Shown here one piece after another: positions 25,275 to 40,100 of a stretch of 64,000 nucleotides of DNA (its first letter is position 1; each line of letters starts with the position of its first letter). Source of the DNA: Lingula anatina (Eukaryota; Animalia; Brachiopoda); assembly GCA_051362555.1 (NCBI GenBank), contig CM120640.1, positions 54,972,788-55,036,787 on the forward strand, written 5' to 3'. The notes below the pieces were generated by a model that saw only the letters and a list, made by a program, of their open reading frames with translations, ran no database searches and was not told the origin of the DNA. A program made the translations under genes and the position numbers.

Positions 25275-28200
25275 TGGATTTCAAGCCACACTAATATCAA
25301 CCAGTGATGACAGTTTATTGCCTGCAGATATCTTTTTATTTGATCTGATGCTATTAATTAAAAAAAATGTTCCTCCTTTTTCTGAGAAAAATATGCTTTC
25401 TACTGTTAGAGTAAGATAACTGAATATCTTTTTCAAAATTACAGAATAGCTTAAGAATGGACTGGCAATTAAGCATATAGAGCTGTCAGTTAAGCTGATT
25501 GCACGCAGTGAGAGTCCCTGCAGAGTTGGAACGATCTACGTAGACCCATGTCTATGGGAATGGGGCCTTATACTCAAGCCTATGGATAAAAACTTACTCA
25601 TCCCAGCTAGACATCGCAGCTATACTTTTTGTTAAGTGAACCTGCTGTGGAATGGAGAACTCACCATCTTAATACCATAGGGTAGTCAAGCACAAAATTA
25701 GACATAAAACTGAATCATGCTGAATCAAACTTAGATAATTGGAAAGCAAATGGGTTGCCTTAGATATCAAATTATGAGCACCATATCATCAAAGAACCCT
25801 TCTGGCTGAAAAAACAATTTTGTCTCAGCCACCATCATTTTGCTTACCATTGCCCAAATCCCAAAAGTATTCAAGATTTTCAAATAATTTGAAATTACCC
25901 AGTAAGAATTCTGATGGAAATAATCTGTTTTAGCCTAAAACGAGGCTGTCAGCATTGTGCGGCATCATACGAGACTAGAAAATGCGTGAGATTCTGTGTG
26001 ATGTGGTGTTAACCTTTCAGCAATAATGGCGAAACTCTATACACCAGAAATGATGTCTTAGAAAGAAATACAAAAGCACATGCAAAACATGGTGAATATG
26101 TACTGTAATTCTACAGGACTAAAGACCAGAAAATATCTATGTATAGCTCCGTCAGTTTTTCTTTGCTGCCATATCACACTGGATCACTAGCTTGACATTA
26201 TTTCTGACACCACTCTCTTCCAAATAAAACGAGATCTCACTTTTTTTTTATTATCTTGGATGATTCCCATTGAGATGAAAGATCTAGCAAAATATCAGAG
26301 CTATAGTCCTGTATGAATGTGTATGTGTGTGTGTATATATATATATATATCCCAACCATTCTTATCCAGTACTGCACCCTATATATACTATTGACACCTA
26401 ATTATATATTACCTGACATCCACACAGTAATAATTATTGAGAAAGACTTCAGCATCAGGATCAATGTATTATTCTTCCCTCTGATTATTGATATTTACCA
26501 GCAATTATTATCCTGCAATGGTTTCAATGTGTTTGATGCACTAGAAATCAGAGAACTATCTACAAATTAGAGATGGATAAAAGAATTAGGTAAGGCATGC
26601 TGTGCTGCAGATCTTTAAATGATTGAAAAAACAAGTCTTATACTAAAGGAAGAGGCCTAAATATGATTCATTCAAGGAAAAAACACTATCTATACTTTTT
26701 TATATTGTATTGTATTATATTAATTCATCAGCTAAAATGAAGCCCAAGATATTTATATTTCATGGGCATATTTGAAAATTCTAAAACAATTCTTTCTATG
26801 TGATACTGTAAACTTTTCATATGTTTATTAGATGGCAAATGCTTTCAAGGAGATAGCCATTCTTTTTCATGTGCCAAAATAATAGCTTTCAATTTTCTTT
26901 ATAGTAAAACTACAATAGGAAAAAGGCATTGGAAAAAGTTTTGAGATATTGAATGTCCACTAAGAGGACATGCACTGCAAGACATGTGCAGGTCCTCATA
27001 ATTCTGTGCTGGTCTGAACTAAGTGTTTTATTGTATGTCTGTATTTCGTGTAATTTATTTTTACATATTGTATTTTCGCTTGAAATTTGCCAATTCTGAG
27101 AACCTGCGATATCAAAAATGTTGCAGGTCCTCTGGCATAACAAGGGGTCATGACCTGTCAGACAGGCAGTTTTCCTGTCTGAAGGAATATATCAAATGAC
27201 ATTAAATTTCAATAATCAAATTTTTTTTTACTTCACCAGATGCTAGAAATAAACCCAAATATACTATTTTAACTCATCAAAAGTTATGATGGTTCTCAAG
27301 TAATGTATGATGATAATTCTTGGTAACATACGTGGTATGCAATAAAAATAAAGAAAAGAAAAAAAAACAATGATACACTATGATGCACATTTATCCAACC
27401 ATCCTTGTCTAACAACAAACATTTGTACTGATGTGAATAATTCAATGACATGTTGAAATGCTGGCTTTCACTTCAATTTTATCGATGAATATTGTATATG
27501 CTTGCTATTAATATATTTTTGAGCCATTACTATAACCAGCAGACAAAGCTAAGTGTTATTTTGATCTTCAAGCAATAATTCGCAAAGCCCATTAAACTGG
27601 ATGCATCTGATCCGGTTTTTCTTGGAAATCATTCCCAGTGGGTCGTAACTAATACCTCTATATTCTCTCCATACAAATATATGAATTTCATTGCCATTAA
27701 ACTGATCAGATAACTTTTTTTTCATATCTGTAGTTCCTTTTATTTTCAGAGAATCTTCTAATGGGTTTGGATTTCACTTTGTTGTATCTCCCGTTTGTGA
27801 AAAATATACAGATGTAAACTGTCCCCATGTAGATATATCTGGACTTTAGGGTATATTCTTAAATCATAAATGAATGTCATACCAGTATTTGCAAAGTGCT
27901 GACTCATTAAATGTAATAGAAAACAAACTAGCAAACATTCAGAGGCCATTCAAATAATTTAAAGGAATTAAATTCATAGCAGGTTTTATTTACTGATATC
28001 AACTGATAAGCACCAAGTCCTGGCCAGTTATCACTTTAAAAGTGGAAGTAGATTTTCTTTCACACATGATGTGTGTCTGTCACATGAATATTACAATGTT
28101 GAGTCTTTTTACCAGTTCCTTTTCTAGGCTTAAATTGACAAGATGAATATAATCTCAATACAGCAGTGTTCAATTTTTTTCTGTCACTCTTGACAACACT

Positions 28201-28806
28201 TTGGTACCATTTTTCTTTTAAGAATGGACTATTTAAATCAATTTCTTTCCCTTGGTGATACAAACTTAATTACAAACTGGCCATGGAACTGTAAGGAATC
28301 TTTTTCAACTATCTATTAACTGATAAGCAGCAGCATTTTGGCAAAAACTTGATAAGAGTTGATAAGAGCTCATAATTCTACGAACATCTTTTAAAAAGAT
28401 AAAATCAATCACATAAAATTTCTAAGAACAAAACAGTTATTTTTCTCTATTGGCAGCTAGTATTGACATTGTTGGGATAATGTATGCAACTGAATAAGAA
28501 GGCTATTTTGAAAAATGCACAGGTGAAATAGAAAGATCGGTGATTGAAAGAACAACAGAACACCAAAAACCAGTAAACAATAGAGGCAGCAAATCAGCAT
28601 TAAACCAGCATGAGGGGGAACATGGGCCTAAAATATTACATGGTCCCATAATTGAAAAAAATCAAGGTGAAGCAAAAGACTGTGAACTGAACGAACAACA
28701 AAAAGTCCTTGAGCCATTCACATCAAGAAGACAGGAGCCAGTCTCAGCAAAAATGATAGGGCAATCCTCCCTGACCTGTACTGGCCTTAGGCAAGAGGTG
28801 GAAAGT

Positions 28807-28833
28807 GGGGGGGGGGGGGGGGGGGGGGGGGGG
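28807..28833. repeat. Poly(G) run of 27 nt
   Basis: Read directly. Confidence 0.9.
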
Positions 28834-29859
28834 CAAGTATAGAGGCACATGGATATCCTTATTCCCTGATGAAGATGCTCAGGTATTGAAATACTGGAGG
28901 TAAACAAATTTTAATATTAGCTGTTGATTGAAGAAAAATTACTGCCTTACTTATTCTTCATGCAAAACATAGCTGATGAAATGATTATAAAATTTCATCA
29001 GCAAGTATATTAAGCTTTCATATTTATCACATTATTTAATTCAAAACTGTTAAAAAAATGCCAAACCATACTTTCAACTATAATATTACCCATATAAATA
29101 TGCTGTAGTCAAAGAAAATGTGAAATATTCAGTTGTCTTGACAATTAATAATTGACTTGGCACTTGATAATTGGTAATTTGGGTGCAAAAGGAAAAAACA
29201 TGCCCAAATGACCTTAGTTTGGCATAATCCCCATTAACAATTGTCAGATGAGTTTCTGCAATACAGGAATATAAATACCGTATGAAACAACTGAAAGACT
29301 TCCATAGCATGTCTCTCTGGCAGTGTAAACTGGCAGACTTGTTTCAAACTAAAACCGTCTGAGGTACAAAGCAGCATCGCCAGTTCACAATCAACTTCTG
29401 AAAATGGTTTTATTTAAGCATATAAAATTTGAGCAAAATTCTAAAAATATTCCTATTAGCACAAAGAAATTTACTTATCCCGCTCTTTTTTGCCACACTT
29501 GATTGGGTTCAACATTTCAGCTGAAATCACCTTAATCTTTCCTTGAATGAGTCCAGATTACATAACCCTAGTCTGTTACATCAAGGGAATGAAAAGCAAC
29601 CTGAGAGTCAATGACACAAAAGAAAACAATTACCTTATGACCTCTTATAAGCTCAGGTTTAATTAGGTTCTGGTAACTAACACTACCATAGCAGACCTTT
29701 CAAGCTCTCCCATGAATCACTGATGTATATAGTAACTAATACTACCTTCTGACTGCCTGTCTATAAACACTGGGTAAATGGCTAGAAAGCAAATTCATCT
29801 ACATCACTACCTGTCAAACAACATACTATATTTCACAATCTCCTGGCTCACTGTATCAC

Positions 29860-30053
29860 CTCTGGATTGCACTGTAGCTCTTGAAAAAATCTGAAATGAG
29901 TGAATGAAAATTTTCCAATCTTGAAGGTCTGACCTCTGAGATTCGGGCTGGAGATTCTTCAGCTGACACCGAAAATCTTTCAAAGACACAATGTGCTGTC
30001 TCCAACTGTGGACAGCTGATAATCCTTGTGTATGTATGGCTCTGGTACTTCAT
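29860..30053 (-). CDS. Candidate alternative first coding exon MKYQSHTYTRIISCPQLE...FFKSYSAIQ(R), phase 2 to the 19124 acceptor
   Basis: caaATG start, 194 nt open, GC-richer than flanks. Ends CAG AG|gtgata, a moderate donor. Confidence 0.45.
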
Positions 30054-30437
30054 TTGTGTCAGCCTCGTCAAGTCAAGTATCCATATAGGAACAGCTATGC
30101 CCCTGACCAGATCAGCAGAGAGTGGTAGAGCCAGTGCTAGTTCTACACAGTGGCAGCCAGATGCCTCACGCTGATTACAACTACTGCTGCTTAATTAAAC
30201 AGCAAAAATAGATGGTTCTTCTCCATATACCTAGCACAGCTTTAGCGGCCTATCATGATGCTGTTTTTAGTCCTGCCAATCAAATTACAATAAAAGCGGG
30301 TAAGTAGCAGGTCTTACCTGTGTATAACAGACGTGTGCATGTGCTGATCCTCTTTTTTTTTAATCAAACCTTAAGCTTGTAGGTCTTGTGCCATTAACAT
30401 TAAAATCTAGTGATTGAATTTTAGTCTATTAAGCTAC

Positions 30438-30496
<59 letters not shown>
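30438..30496. repeat. (AAT)n microsatellite
   Basis: Read directly. Confidence 0.95.
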
Positions 30497-30497
<1 letters not shown>

Positions 30498-31498
30498 CTT
30501 TATTTCAGGATTTACATTTACATCCCCCAGAACCTACAATTTAGGGTCATTGTAATTTTGACTTAAACAGTTGCCAACAAGTACCATGTTTCTACAGATG
30601 TGATGCCCGTAAGCTTGAACACTTTTTACAAAAAAAAAAAGATTTTACAATATTAGTATACTTAGCTCAAACCCACACCTCTGCATACGTATAACATATA
30701 GTCCAATCAAATCTCTTATGCCTGTGGAACTGTTACTGGTGAATGCCTTACATGACTTACCTTAAAGCAAATGTTTATATATATGTGAAATCCAAGGGTA
30801 CAATACAACTTTTTATTCAAGCATTAACTCAAAAAAAAAAAAAAAAAAAAAAAAGAAAAATTGTGGGAGTTTGCATATGAGAAATGGTTCACAGGAACAC
30901 AGTACAAGAATAATTCAATTTAATCAACTTTTCTTTAAGCATTTGATCAGTGAATGTTTTATTACTGCTTGGAGCTAAAGACCAAGTAATCCTCACAGTC
31001 AAATGAAATAATGGTGAATATGTGCATGTTATCCAATTTATTCCTATTATGAAATGGAAGAACTAGTGACAACCTTTACCAATCAATAGCACATATACAT
31101 TACTTACAGAGTAAAATTATATGTGCTAAAGGCTGCTTCTGCACTTGGACCTATAGCCTGATGACTCAGATGTTTCCTTCGAGGACACAGATTTCTTGTT
31201 TTGACCCAAAACAATACTGTCATTTATTGTAAAGAAAATATGGTGCACAAGAAATATTGTAAGGCATAAACTCAAACATTGGGAACATTAAGAACAGATC
31301 ATTTGGGGTCATGCAGCATACTGGAAGAAGATAAAAAACAATGGCAGCAACAACCTCAAATACAAAAGAACTTTTTCATAAAGAAGTTGAAGAATGTGAC
31401 CAAATAACAATATTTCATTCATGAAACATGACATATAGAACCAAAATGGTATAAACTAGTTAAAGAATGCTTATATAATGTGTCATATTCATTTCCAC

Positions 31499-31501
<3 letters not shown>

Positions 31502-31588
<87 letters not shown>
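31502..31588. repeat. (AT)n microsatellite
   Basis: Read directly. Confidence 0.95.
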
Positions 31589-31589
<1 letters not shown>

Positions 31590-31648
31590 TGAACTGTTCT
31601 CTATTTATTGGGTGTAAAAGGATGGACTGATGAACGGACCAACATGTG

Positions 31649-31729
31649 AAAAGCAATATAATTGTGTTAACCCCCGTTTTGGTGGTAAAAAGCAATATAA
31701 TTGTGTTAACCCCCGTTTTGGTGGTAAAA
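31649..31729. repeat. Perfect 39-bp tandem duplication (AAAAGCAATATAATTGTGTTAACCCCCGTTTTGGTGGTA x2)
   Basis: Read directly. Preceded by GGAC-like motifs, so possibly the 3' end of another HINE-type element. Confidence 0.85.
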
Positions 31730-34057
31730 TAGAATTTATTATACAATGTGTTTACAATGTATTTATTGTAAAATATGGATATTTTACAAACAGTTGTTAT
31801 CCCTTTAAATAGTCACAAGTTTTATTGTTCCCCCCAAATAAGAAAGCACTGTATCCATGTCAGCAGACGAAAGCTTGGTTATCCCAATTTTTTGAAGTAG
31901 AAAATGATAGCAATAAATAGTAAAATGAAAAAAAAAAAATGACAACCTTAGCCTTAAGATTATCTAATAGATATTCAATGCCACCTGTGCAGAGAGTTCT
32001 TGTTTTATGAAGACTACAGAAAAAAGTCAGATATCTACTACTGAAATGGCAAAAAAGTAATATTGTTGTGCCTATGTTTGGTTCTTTTTGAACACAGTGC
32101 CTTGTTGATTTAATTTTAATGGAGATGAACTAATCGAAAAAAAATTCCTTTTCGATTGTGAGAAAAAATATGTCATGAAATGTGATCCACCTAGCCTTAT
32201 GTACCCTAGTTTGTCCTGGGTAAAGTGGTCTCAAAGGGTGGGTGGAGCATGTTGTTAGGTAATTAATATCAGATACAATGATTGACCAGTGCAAAAGTAA
32301 CAGATTGATTATGCAAGATATTGGAAAAGAACTAAGCACTAGATCAGGCATTATGAATGGATTAGACATTTTGAATTCGTGGCTCAGATTTGTGAGCATG
32401 CATGCCAAAATAAACACCTTGAGCGAAGAATCAAGAACTGGAACATAAAGTTAGTAGCCACATGCACACACTACAAACCATGACTTGTTAATATGCGGTA
32501 TATGCCATATGAGCAAGAGATTGTTGAATGCACACTGCTGCTGTATCAACCTGCAATATAGTTATTAGTTGACAATACGATTATATTAATTTGGTTTATT
32601 TTGATATTTTTTTATGTATGTTTATTTATAGATGTCAGTAATTTTTTATCTTTCATCAAAGAGGAAAATGTTGCTCTTTTTCCACTAGGAATCTCCAAGA
32701 GGATATTGAAGATATTTCTGAATTGACGAAAATAATCCGTATGTGTACAGTCAGAAACCTGGATAAAAGCTGGCCAAATCGTATGTCCATGTGCTTTGAC
32801 ACTGTGCTCTAATTTTACATTCAGGTTCTAATTAGTGGCTTGGGTTTTTAATTTGGGCATTCGTGCTCCTAAATGTAAGGCTTGTATAAGCAAATTGTCG
32901 TTTATGAGGCCTGTAGATGGCTAGCTATAATTCTCTCGAGGCCTCCAACCCTATCATTTTCTATTTCCTCCCCTTGATCTTTATATATTTGTTAGAAATT
33001 TACAAGTCTTTGACACTGTGAACATACGATAAACTTTTATGTCTTCACATACATGTTCTCTTCTAAGTAATGTCACAAATTGTCCTATTAATTTTTATGT
33101 GATGTATATAATTCAAGAGATTACATCAGCACTTTGTCTTTTATGACTTTATGTGAAACACATATGGATCAGACCTGTGGCACTGTGAATCACTCGCAGA
33201 TGCGACAGATACCGCTCTACATTTTGTATATTGTGTTTGGGACCAGTGCTTATACTCCTTCACAACCTTGAGGGGGCAACACAGAATAATTTTATTAGCT
33301 AATAATAAAATCTCATGTTGAGACCAAAAGCATGCAGTGAGGAGATCAAAGGATACTTCTTACTAATTATTAAATCCTAACTTTCATCTCTTCTTTATAA
33401 TCAGAAATGATTGATAATTATATCGAGGCTCAAGCTAGCACAGAAATTTTCTGTGTTAAAGAAAGCCCATTTTGACTAAAGAATTAATTGAATGTTAGGT
33501 CTTTTTTATCATTTTCCTTTCATAAGATCTTGGTGAAATTTTGTAATTTAGAAAAACCAAAAGAGTACAAGCACTGTACCCAAATATATGCAAGAATGAC
33601 TCCATTATCTGATATATAAGAAATGTACAGTACCCTGATAAAAGCAAATAACTTCATTTATCCTGTTAACATCTGATCTTCACATGTAGTCATATCCTTA
33701 TGACATAACAATCAAGGTTGTTAAAAAGATATCTTTACTGAAAGATGAAAAGTTTCACACATCCTTTAATCCAAAGCTCAGTCCTTCATAAATAAATGAC
33801 TTCACGTAAATCATCAAACAAGCTAAAAAAAGAAGTCTGACATTTTTATATATGACTCGATCTATCAACAGCTGTTACCTTCTCTCTCAGCTGTAAATCA
33901 AATTAAATTACAACCAACCTTAATATTACTATTTTGACAAAATAAATATATGCAGGTATCTACAACAAAATTTGTTTAATCAATGCTCTCAGACCACCAA
34001 TTGGCTCACTAGCTGACAAACCAAAGTGACTCAATCAATCCGACAGCATTTGCTGCC

Positions 34058-34059
<2 letters not shown>

Positions 34060-34099
<40 letters not shown>
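34060..34099. repeat. (AG)n microsatellite
   Basis: Read directly. Confidence 0.95.
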
Positions 34100-34100
<1 letters not shown>

Positions 34101-37100
34101 GCCAATGAAATTCCCCTCCATTCACAACTGAGACCCACTCAACACCATTCTGAAGCAGATTCTAACAGGAAATTGACAGATGAGACACAGGAATATTACT
34201 ATAAGATGGTAAACCACTAAGAATTGATTGTTATTAAAACTCGACAACTATAAGCTAGAAATGGCTAGATACGGAGGCCATGCCAAAAAACCACAAAACG
34301 CTGAGCTATCCAGAAAAAGGGAACAAACCTAGTAAAAATAAACTGACAAGACCATTTACATGATGTCAACAGGAAACAGAATGCTGTGAGTGACACAATA
34401 TAGTGGTGAAGAGAGAAAATATTATAAGGGTTTTAAAGCCTGTGGTTTATAAATACTAAATTGCCCTAACTAAAGTGATCCTTTCCAAAGCATGTTGCAG
34501 AGGGGTTAAATGGAACATGCTATATCCATATTAGACTATATATATAACATAACCACTTTTTGGCAATGTAATGGAATTTGAATTTGATATACAATTTTAT
34601 CTGTGTTATGTGCTAAGTAAGATTTAAACTTAACTGTTAATCAGACAGAATTCAACTTCTATAATGGCTGAATGCTTCAGCACAAGTACTTATCACAATT
34701 TATGTAGTTGCAATTACTCTTTATTATGATCAGACTGCTATAAAATCCTAAGAACAGCAATGAATGTCACAAATTCCCCTTTTAACATACAAAGAATACA
34801 CTATTATTTAATTCCCCTACCTAGAATCCTGTTTGTATCAGTCAATGAGTTAAAAAAATTAAACTTAAAAATCAATCACACATTAGCCAAACTAGAAATA
34901 ATCCTAACCACAAGGAAATTTTAAGTGATAGAATATGTCAGCTACAGCACATACATCAGTGCTAAGCGAAAACTGTCACACACTAGTGCATTAATAAAGA
35001 TCATAGCAGGATCCTCATTTCCCAATGCAATTTATATTCCCGGCAAAAGAACATTTTAATAGATGCCTATCCATAAGTTAAAGAAAAAATGTCAATGTCT
35101 AAATCCAAATTAGTAAATGATAAGGAAACTTTGGTGGCCTTAACAACTGATAACAAATGAATGACACTGGAGACTTTCTCTTGTCACTTTTAATAAGACA
35201 AAATATACAGTTTGACAGGTTAGTGGCATAATATCTATTATCACCTGATGCTCTGACTTAGCAGATGAGACTGACCATCTTCTATTCAGTCCTCCAGTTT
35301 TCACTCCCAGTCAAATTATGATGTCCATGTTTTTTTGTCTTAGAAGATCCATCACAGAAAAAGTGAGTTTAATGTTCTGATCAAACTTCCAAGAATACAT
35401 ACTCAGGCAGATTATATCACCTAAGTACATTTCATTATCTTACAAATGAAGGCATAATTAAAAATGTTCTGGGATGCGGACATATATAAAAGAGAAGACA
35501 GACAATTAAATAATATCAGAATGGCCATTTAATTCTTTTACTCCCCTTAATTTCCTAACATTGATGACAAACACTGAGAATTTATAGACAGTCAAGGACC
35601 TAGCGATTGGTGCTTCTAATGGATGTGTTGCATGAACCAAGATATCCAGCATCTGGACAAAGTGGGAATGGATCTCTAAGGTTGTCTCAATGCCTGTACA
35701 GAATGTAATGTTAGATGTGCTGTAATGTGATGGGTTCCTTTATTTGAGGCATGCAGATCTTGTTCATTAATCTTCTGTTTCTTTCTATCATGTGCATTGC
35801 ATAAGTTGCCTTGCTTTGAAAGACTTCACTTGCTTTATTGTTGTTTCCTTTCCTGATTAACAAAACCAATTTTTCATCTGGTAAATGATAGACGTTTCTT
35901 CTACATTGGCTGATGGAGTTCTTAAAATGGTATTTGTGATTCATATATTGTTAATAAGTTGTGTTTTTCTGAGAGTACTGGATAAATAATAAGGTGTTTG
36001 GTCTATCTCTCATTTAGGAAAACTAAGTGAATACAGCTTAGAATAAGCTTCATAAGATAACAAAAAATACTATTTCATCAAAATTTTAGGGGTCACTGCA
36101 TCTTTATAAAGAATAATTCAAGCTCTATCAGTTTTTATAATTCTCTGGGGATGCTGATGCCTTTTCACAATAAAACAGAACCCACGCCGATTTTGTTTTG
36201 AATACTATTTGCACAATATGGTTGCAGTAAAGCACATCAAAAATAAACCATATTGTTATCTTTAGAACAATCTAAATCAAAACTAATGTGAGATCTGTGT
36301 CCTTTTCTGCCAACATATTCTGTCTATTATGTCTTCCCACACATGCTTCTGTAACATAGCACACTGGCAAACAAATGTATCAAAGTTATGTTGTTTATAA
36401 AGGAATATAATTCAAAGTCTATTTGGGTTAACATTATTCATATTATCAATAAGTTTATTTGGAAGTATTTATACCCACCCCCCCTCCCAGTCCTTAATAC
36501 ATATAATACAATATCTGTGGGCTTTCAAGTTAGTAATACAAGTGGCTATAATTGTAAGTGATGCTGTCAGTAATTCTATACAATGACAGTATAAATGAAT
36601 CATAGCTATAGAAATTTATTTTTTCTTTACAAATCTGCATTTAGCAGAAAGATTGCAACTGATCTCAATCTAACAAATAATAGCTCCAAATTCATAACAT
36701 CCTTTTTTTCCAATTGTGAATAATGAGTAATCCTGCCTTTGCATTTGATAAATAAAAACCAATATTTTACGTCAAAATGAAAAGTGTTGTGAATGAGTGT
36801 TGAGTGATTAGCAATGCTTTTCATAAATATTTAAAGAACTTTAAACTGCATTACTAGCAAAACAACCTTGGGACACAGAGGTGCATAATGGTGAAAGATG
36901 ACAACAAATTTAATATAGACTTAAATATTAGCAATTTGGTCTAAAAATCACATTTGGAAACAGTGCCTTATATTATTAAAATAGGTGGAGTTGCCAGGGG
37001 CATAATGAGAAGAGCACTGCCAAAAATTAAAATTCCGTTTCTGGAGTACACAATTAAAGAAGAATGTCATTTTCTGAGACCTAAAATGAATAAAATAATA

Positions 37101-40100
37101 ATTTCTAGTCACAGCAGAGCCTGCTTAACACCAGTGATGTCTCTTCTCTTATACACATTACAATGGGCAGTGATGTCAATACCCAGTTGTTAATTTCTGA
37201 AATGATCAAAATGTGCAGAAGATTACTAGAAATGATCATTTTATTCATTTTTAGGATCCACAGAGTGACATTCACCTTTAAGTATTCAGTTTGGAAACAC
37301 CAACTTTACACTATCAAATTTTCCAGGAAAAATCTTTATATTAACACAAGCTTAATCTTTAAGAATTATATAAATCAATTCATCAATAAAAACAAAATAA
37401 TTTTTTCTTCTTTTGATTATCATAACATTTATCTGAATTCATATATTCTCCTCGTTGACTAGCTGTAGGCAGAGAAAGAGACATGAAACTTGTAGCACCT
37501 GCAAATATACCTGTACCTTCATGATGATTACATAACTGAACATCTGTTTCTTCCATAACAGCTGCAATCTTTTCTTTGCTCTTTTAGTAATATATTTTGA
37601 AAAGGGATATGAATGAAAGCTGGTCATGAATGAAGGCTGCTCCAGAACTAAGAAACTAGCAATAATCATCAAATCCAGCTGAAATTAACTATTAGATATT
37701 GTATTAAAGACATTGGAGGCAGATTTCTTGTGTAATATAATACAGGTTTGTGACAATTTTTCACGTGCACCCATGCATGCACACACAACTTAAGTATGAC
37801 ATGTAAAACATATTTTAGTATTAATTAGTAGTAACTAGTTGTAATATTATCAAAATTTAAGATCACATCAGCAAAACATATTTCATTTGAAAAATAATTT
37901 TCACAAAAAGCAATATTGGATACAATGTTTTTAAAGAAAGAATCGGGTGAAGTTTACATGAGGCAAACCATAAAAAGACAACGAAATCCATTTCATGGAG
38001 TAATCTGCACTTATAATCAGCCCTTATTCTTTAACTGTAGTTCTGGAGTGGCATTTAGATCAAAATGCAAAATATATGTATGGCGGATTCAGAATTGATA
38101 TGCTTAAGGGCAAAATGAATGAATTTGTGTGAGACTGTTGGTTTTGAAGCTGTCTGATAGATGCCATATTTCATTAAAAGCTTACAGTCTGTAACCCCCT
38201 GGGTCAATATGTACTAGTTAAATTCTAAGTAAAGGAAATATGCATAACCCAAACTGCCCATTCTCAGGCTACTTGTTTCAATAGACAAATCATTAAATTT
38301 CATTAAATTAAACAACAGGAAGGAAACCAACTAAAAGTAACACCATAGAACCTGCTTATGAACTGAAACAACTGATAATGGAATGCACTTAAGAAGGATT
38401 AACCGAGCTTGAGTTGGATTCACTGAACCAAAATTATACTGATTAGAAGCTGCTCATAAAAAAACATCTTAAAATATACTGCAAAAATTAAAGTGCAGGC
38501 TTGTGTACACTCCAAATCTCAATGTGCATATCCCAAGAGCATTTCACATTATATACAAGTAAATAACACATCTAGAACAAAGGAAAGTTAAAAATTCAAA
38601 GTGTATAGAATACATAGAAAAGGTACAAAATATAGATTTAAAGGAGGTTGCTTTTAAGAGAGTAAATATGCAGTGTATTTTCACCCATACCCAATTGCAT
38701 GTTCTGTCATGTTCATGTGTAAGTAACTTACCTAGAGACTTCTGGGAATTGTGTAGCTTAGATTAGACAATTAGATTGGTAATTATAGAAAACAAAGTTA
38801 CTGGCCTACATGCAAGTTTACTGTTATAACCTGGTGGAATTGAGACTTGTCCACTTTTATTACTCTCAACTCTGTTTGTTACCACCTGACATAAAGAATA
38901 TGTTTGGAGATCTGACAAAGGATCACTGACTTATTCTTTCATCCTTTATTTTGTCCAGAAATAGATTTCCTTTCATAAATTGCTCACAAGGCTAGAGAAT
39001 ATATTTATCTCTAAATACCTGAGAACTATCTATAATTCAAAACAATAGAACAAAAACACATTTTCTCATTGAGATGATGTTGGGAGAAATGGACAGAAAT
39101 GGTCAAATAATCAGAAAAAGCAAGGTATCCCCATTTTGGAATGTCAATAATTGTTTAAAAAAATTAAAAGCTAATAATCAGTTTTATTCTTGTCTAAGTA
39201 GCTAATGACAGACGCTTTGTAAGTTCTGATAAATTTATCACTAAGAATCATGTTATTTATAATGTTGTTGACCAACGTTCAAGCTGTGAAATTCATTTTC
39301 TAGGAAAAATCTACCTTGTCAAAAGTATGCTCAAGTCAAGTCAATAAATCCATATCTGGTAAATTTGACTTCAAAAATGAAGCTTTAATTTAGTCAAAAA
39401 TATCCATATAGTTTTTTCTAAACATAAAACATCTCATTCACACTGGGATGGTGTCAAAAAAGTCATCACAATAATAACATATACTCCCAAGACTATAACA
39501 TGATGAAACATTTACCAAGATGTAGCCTTTACATGTACTTATGCACAATGCATCACTGCTCAAATCCCACTGTTCTATTCCTGGTCCTGCTTTCCCTTGG
39601 TGACTTTCTAAACAGATCAGTTGATTAAGCCTCTGTGAAAAAAATAGGAATGAGCTCAGACAAGAAAAGCCTTTCAACCTTGTCAACAAGCAAAATGCTT
39701 ACTTCTACTCATTTCAGTAGAGGAGAGGTCTCCATGGCAGCTTTCAGAGTGGGGTTATCTCTAATCCATCTGCACAAAGCCATTCTCCTGTGATAATGCA
39801 AGAACTAATGTATCTTTGCAAATGCTCCCAAAAACCAAACCTAAACTCCAACCAAGCTGGATGTGATCCCTTGTAAACAGGTTTATTAATGTTTGCAGCA
39901 AAAAATAAATAAAATAAATAATAAATATCACTGATCCATAACACAATTTTTTGATTAAATTAATAATGATTGACTTAAAAGATATTTGTCAATATCAATA
40001 CAAACTAAAAATAAATTTAATGTGTTTGATTGCATTTGGCCAATTCATCACTGATTTGAGGAAAAAATTAGTCACTTGGTAATAAAAATATAAATATATA

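Noticed and set aside
25112-25300. 62-aa minus-strand ORF as another alternative coding exon
   Set aside because: No in-frame ATG and no clear phase-2 donor; better explained as promoter or 5'UTR sequence.
28540-28907. Opposing 100-aa and 81-aa ORFs around the poly(G) run
   Set aside because: Non-ATG starts, dependent on a homopolymer, no domain, and no convincing splice-compatible ends.
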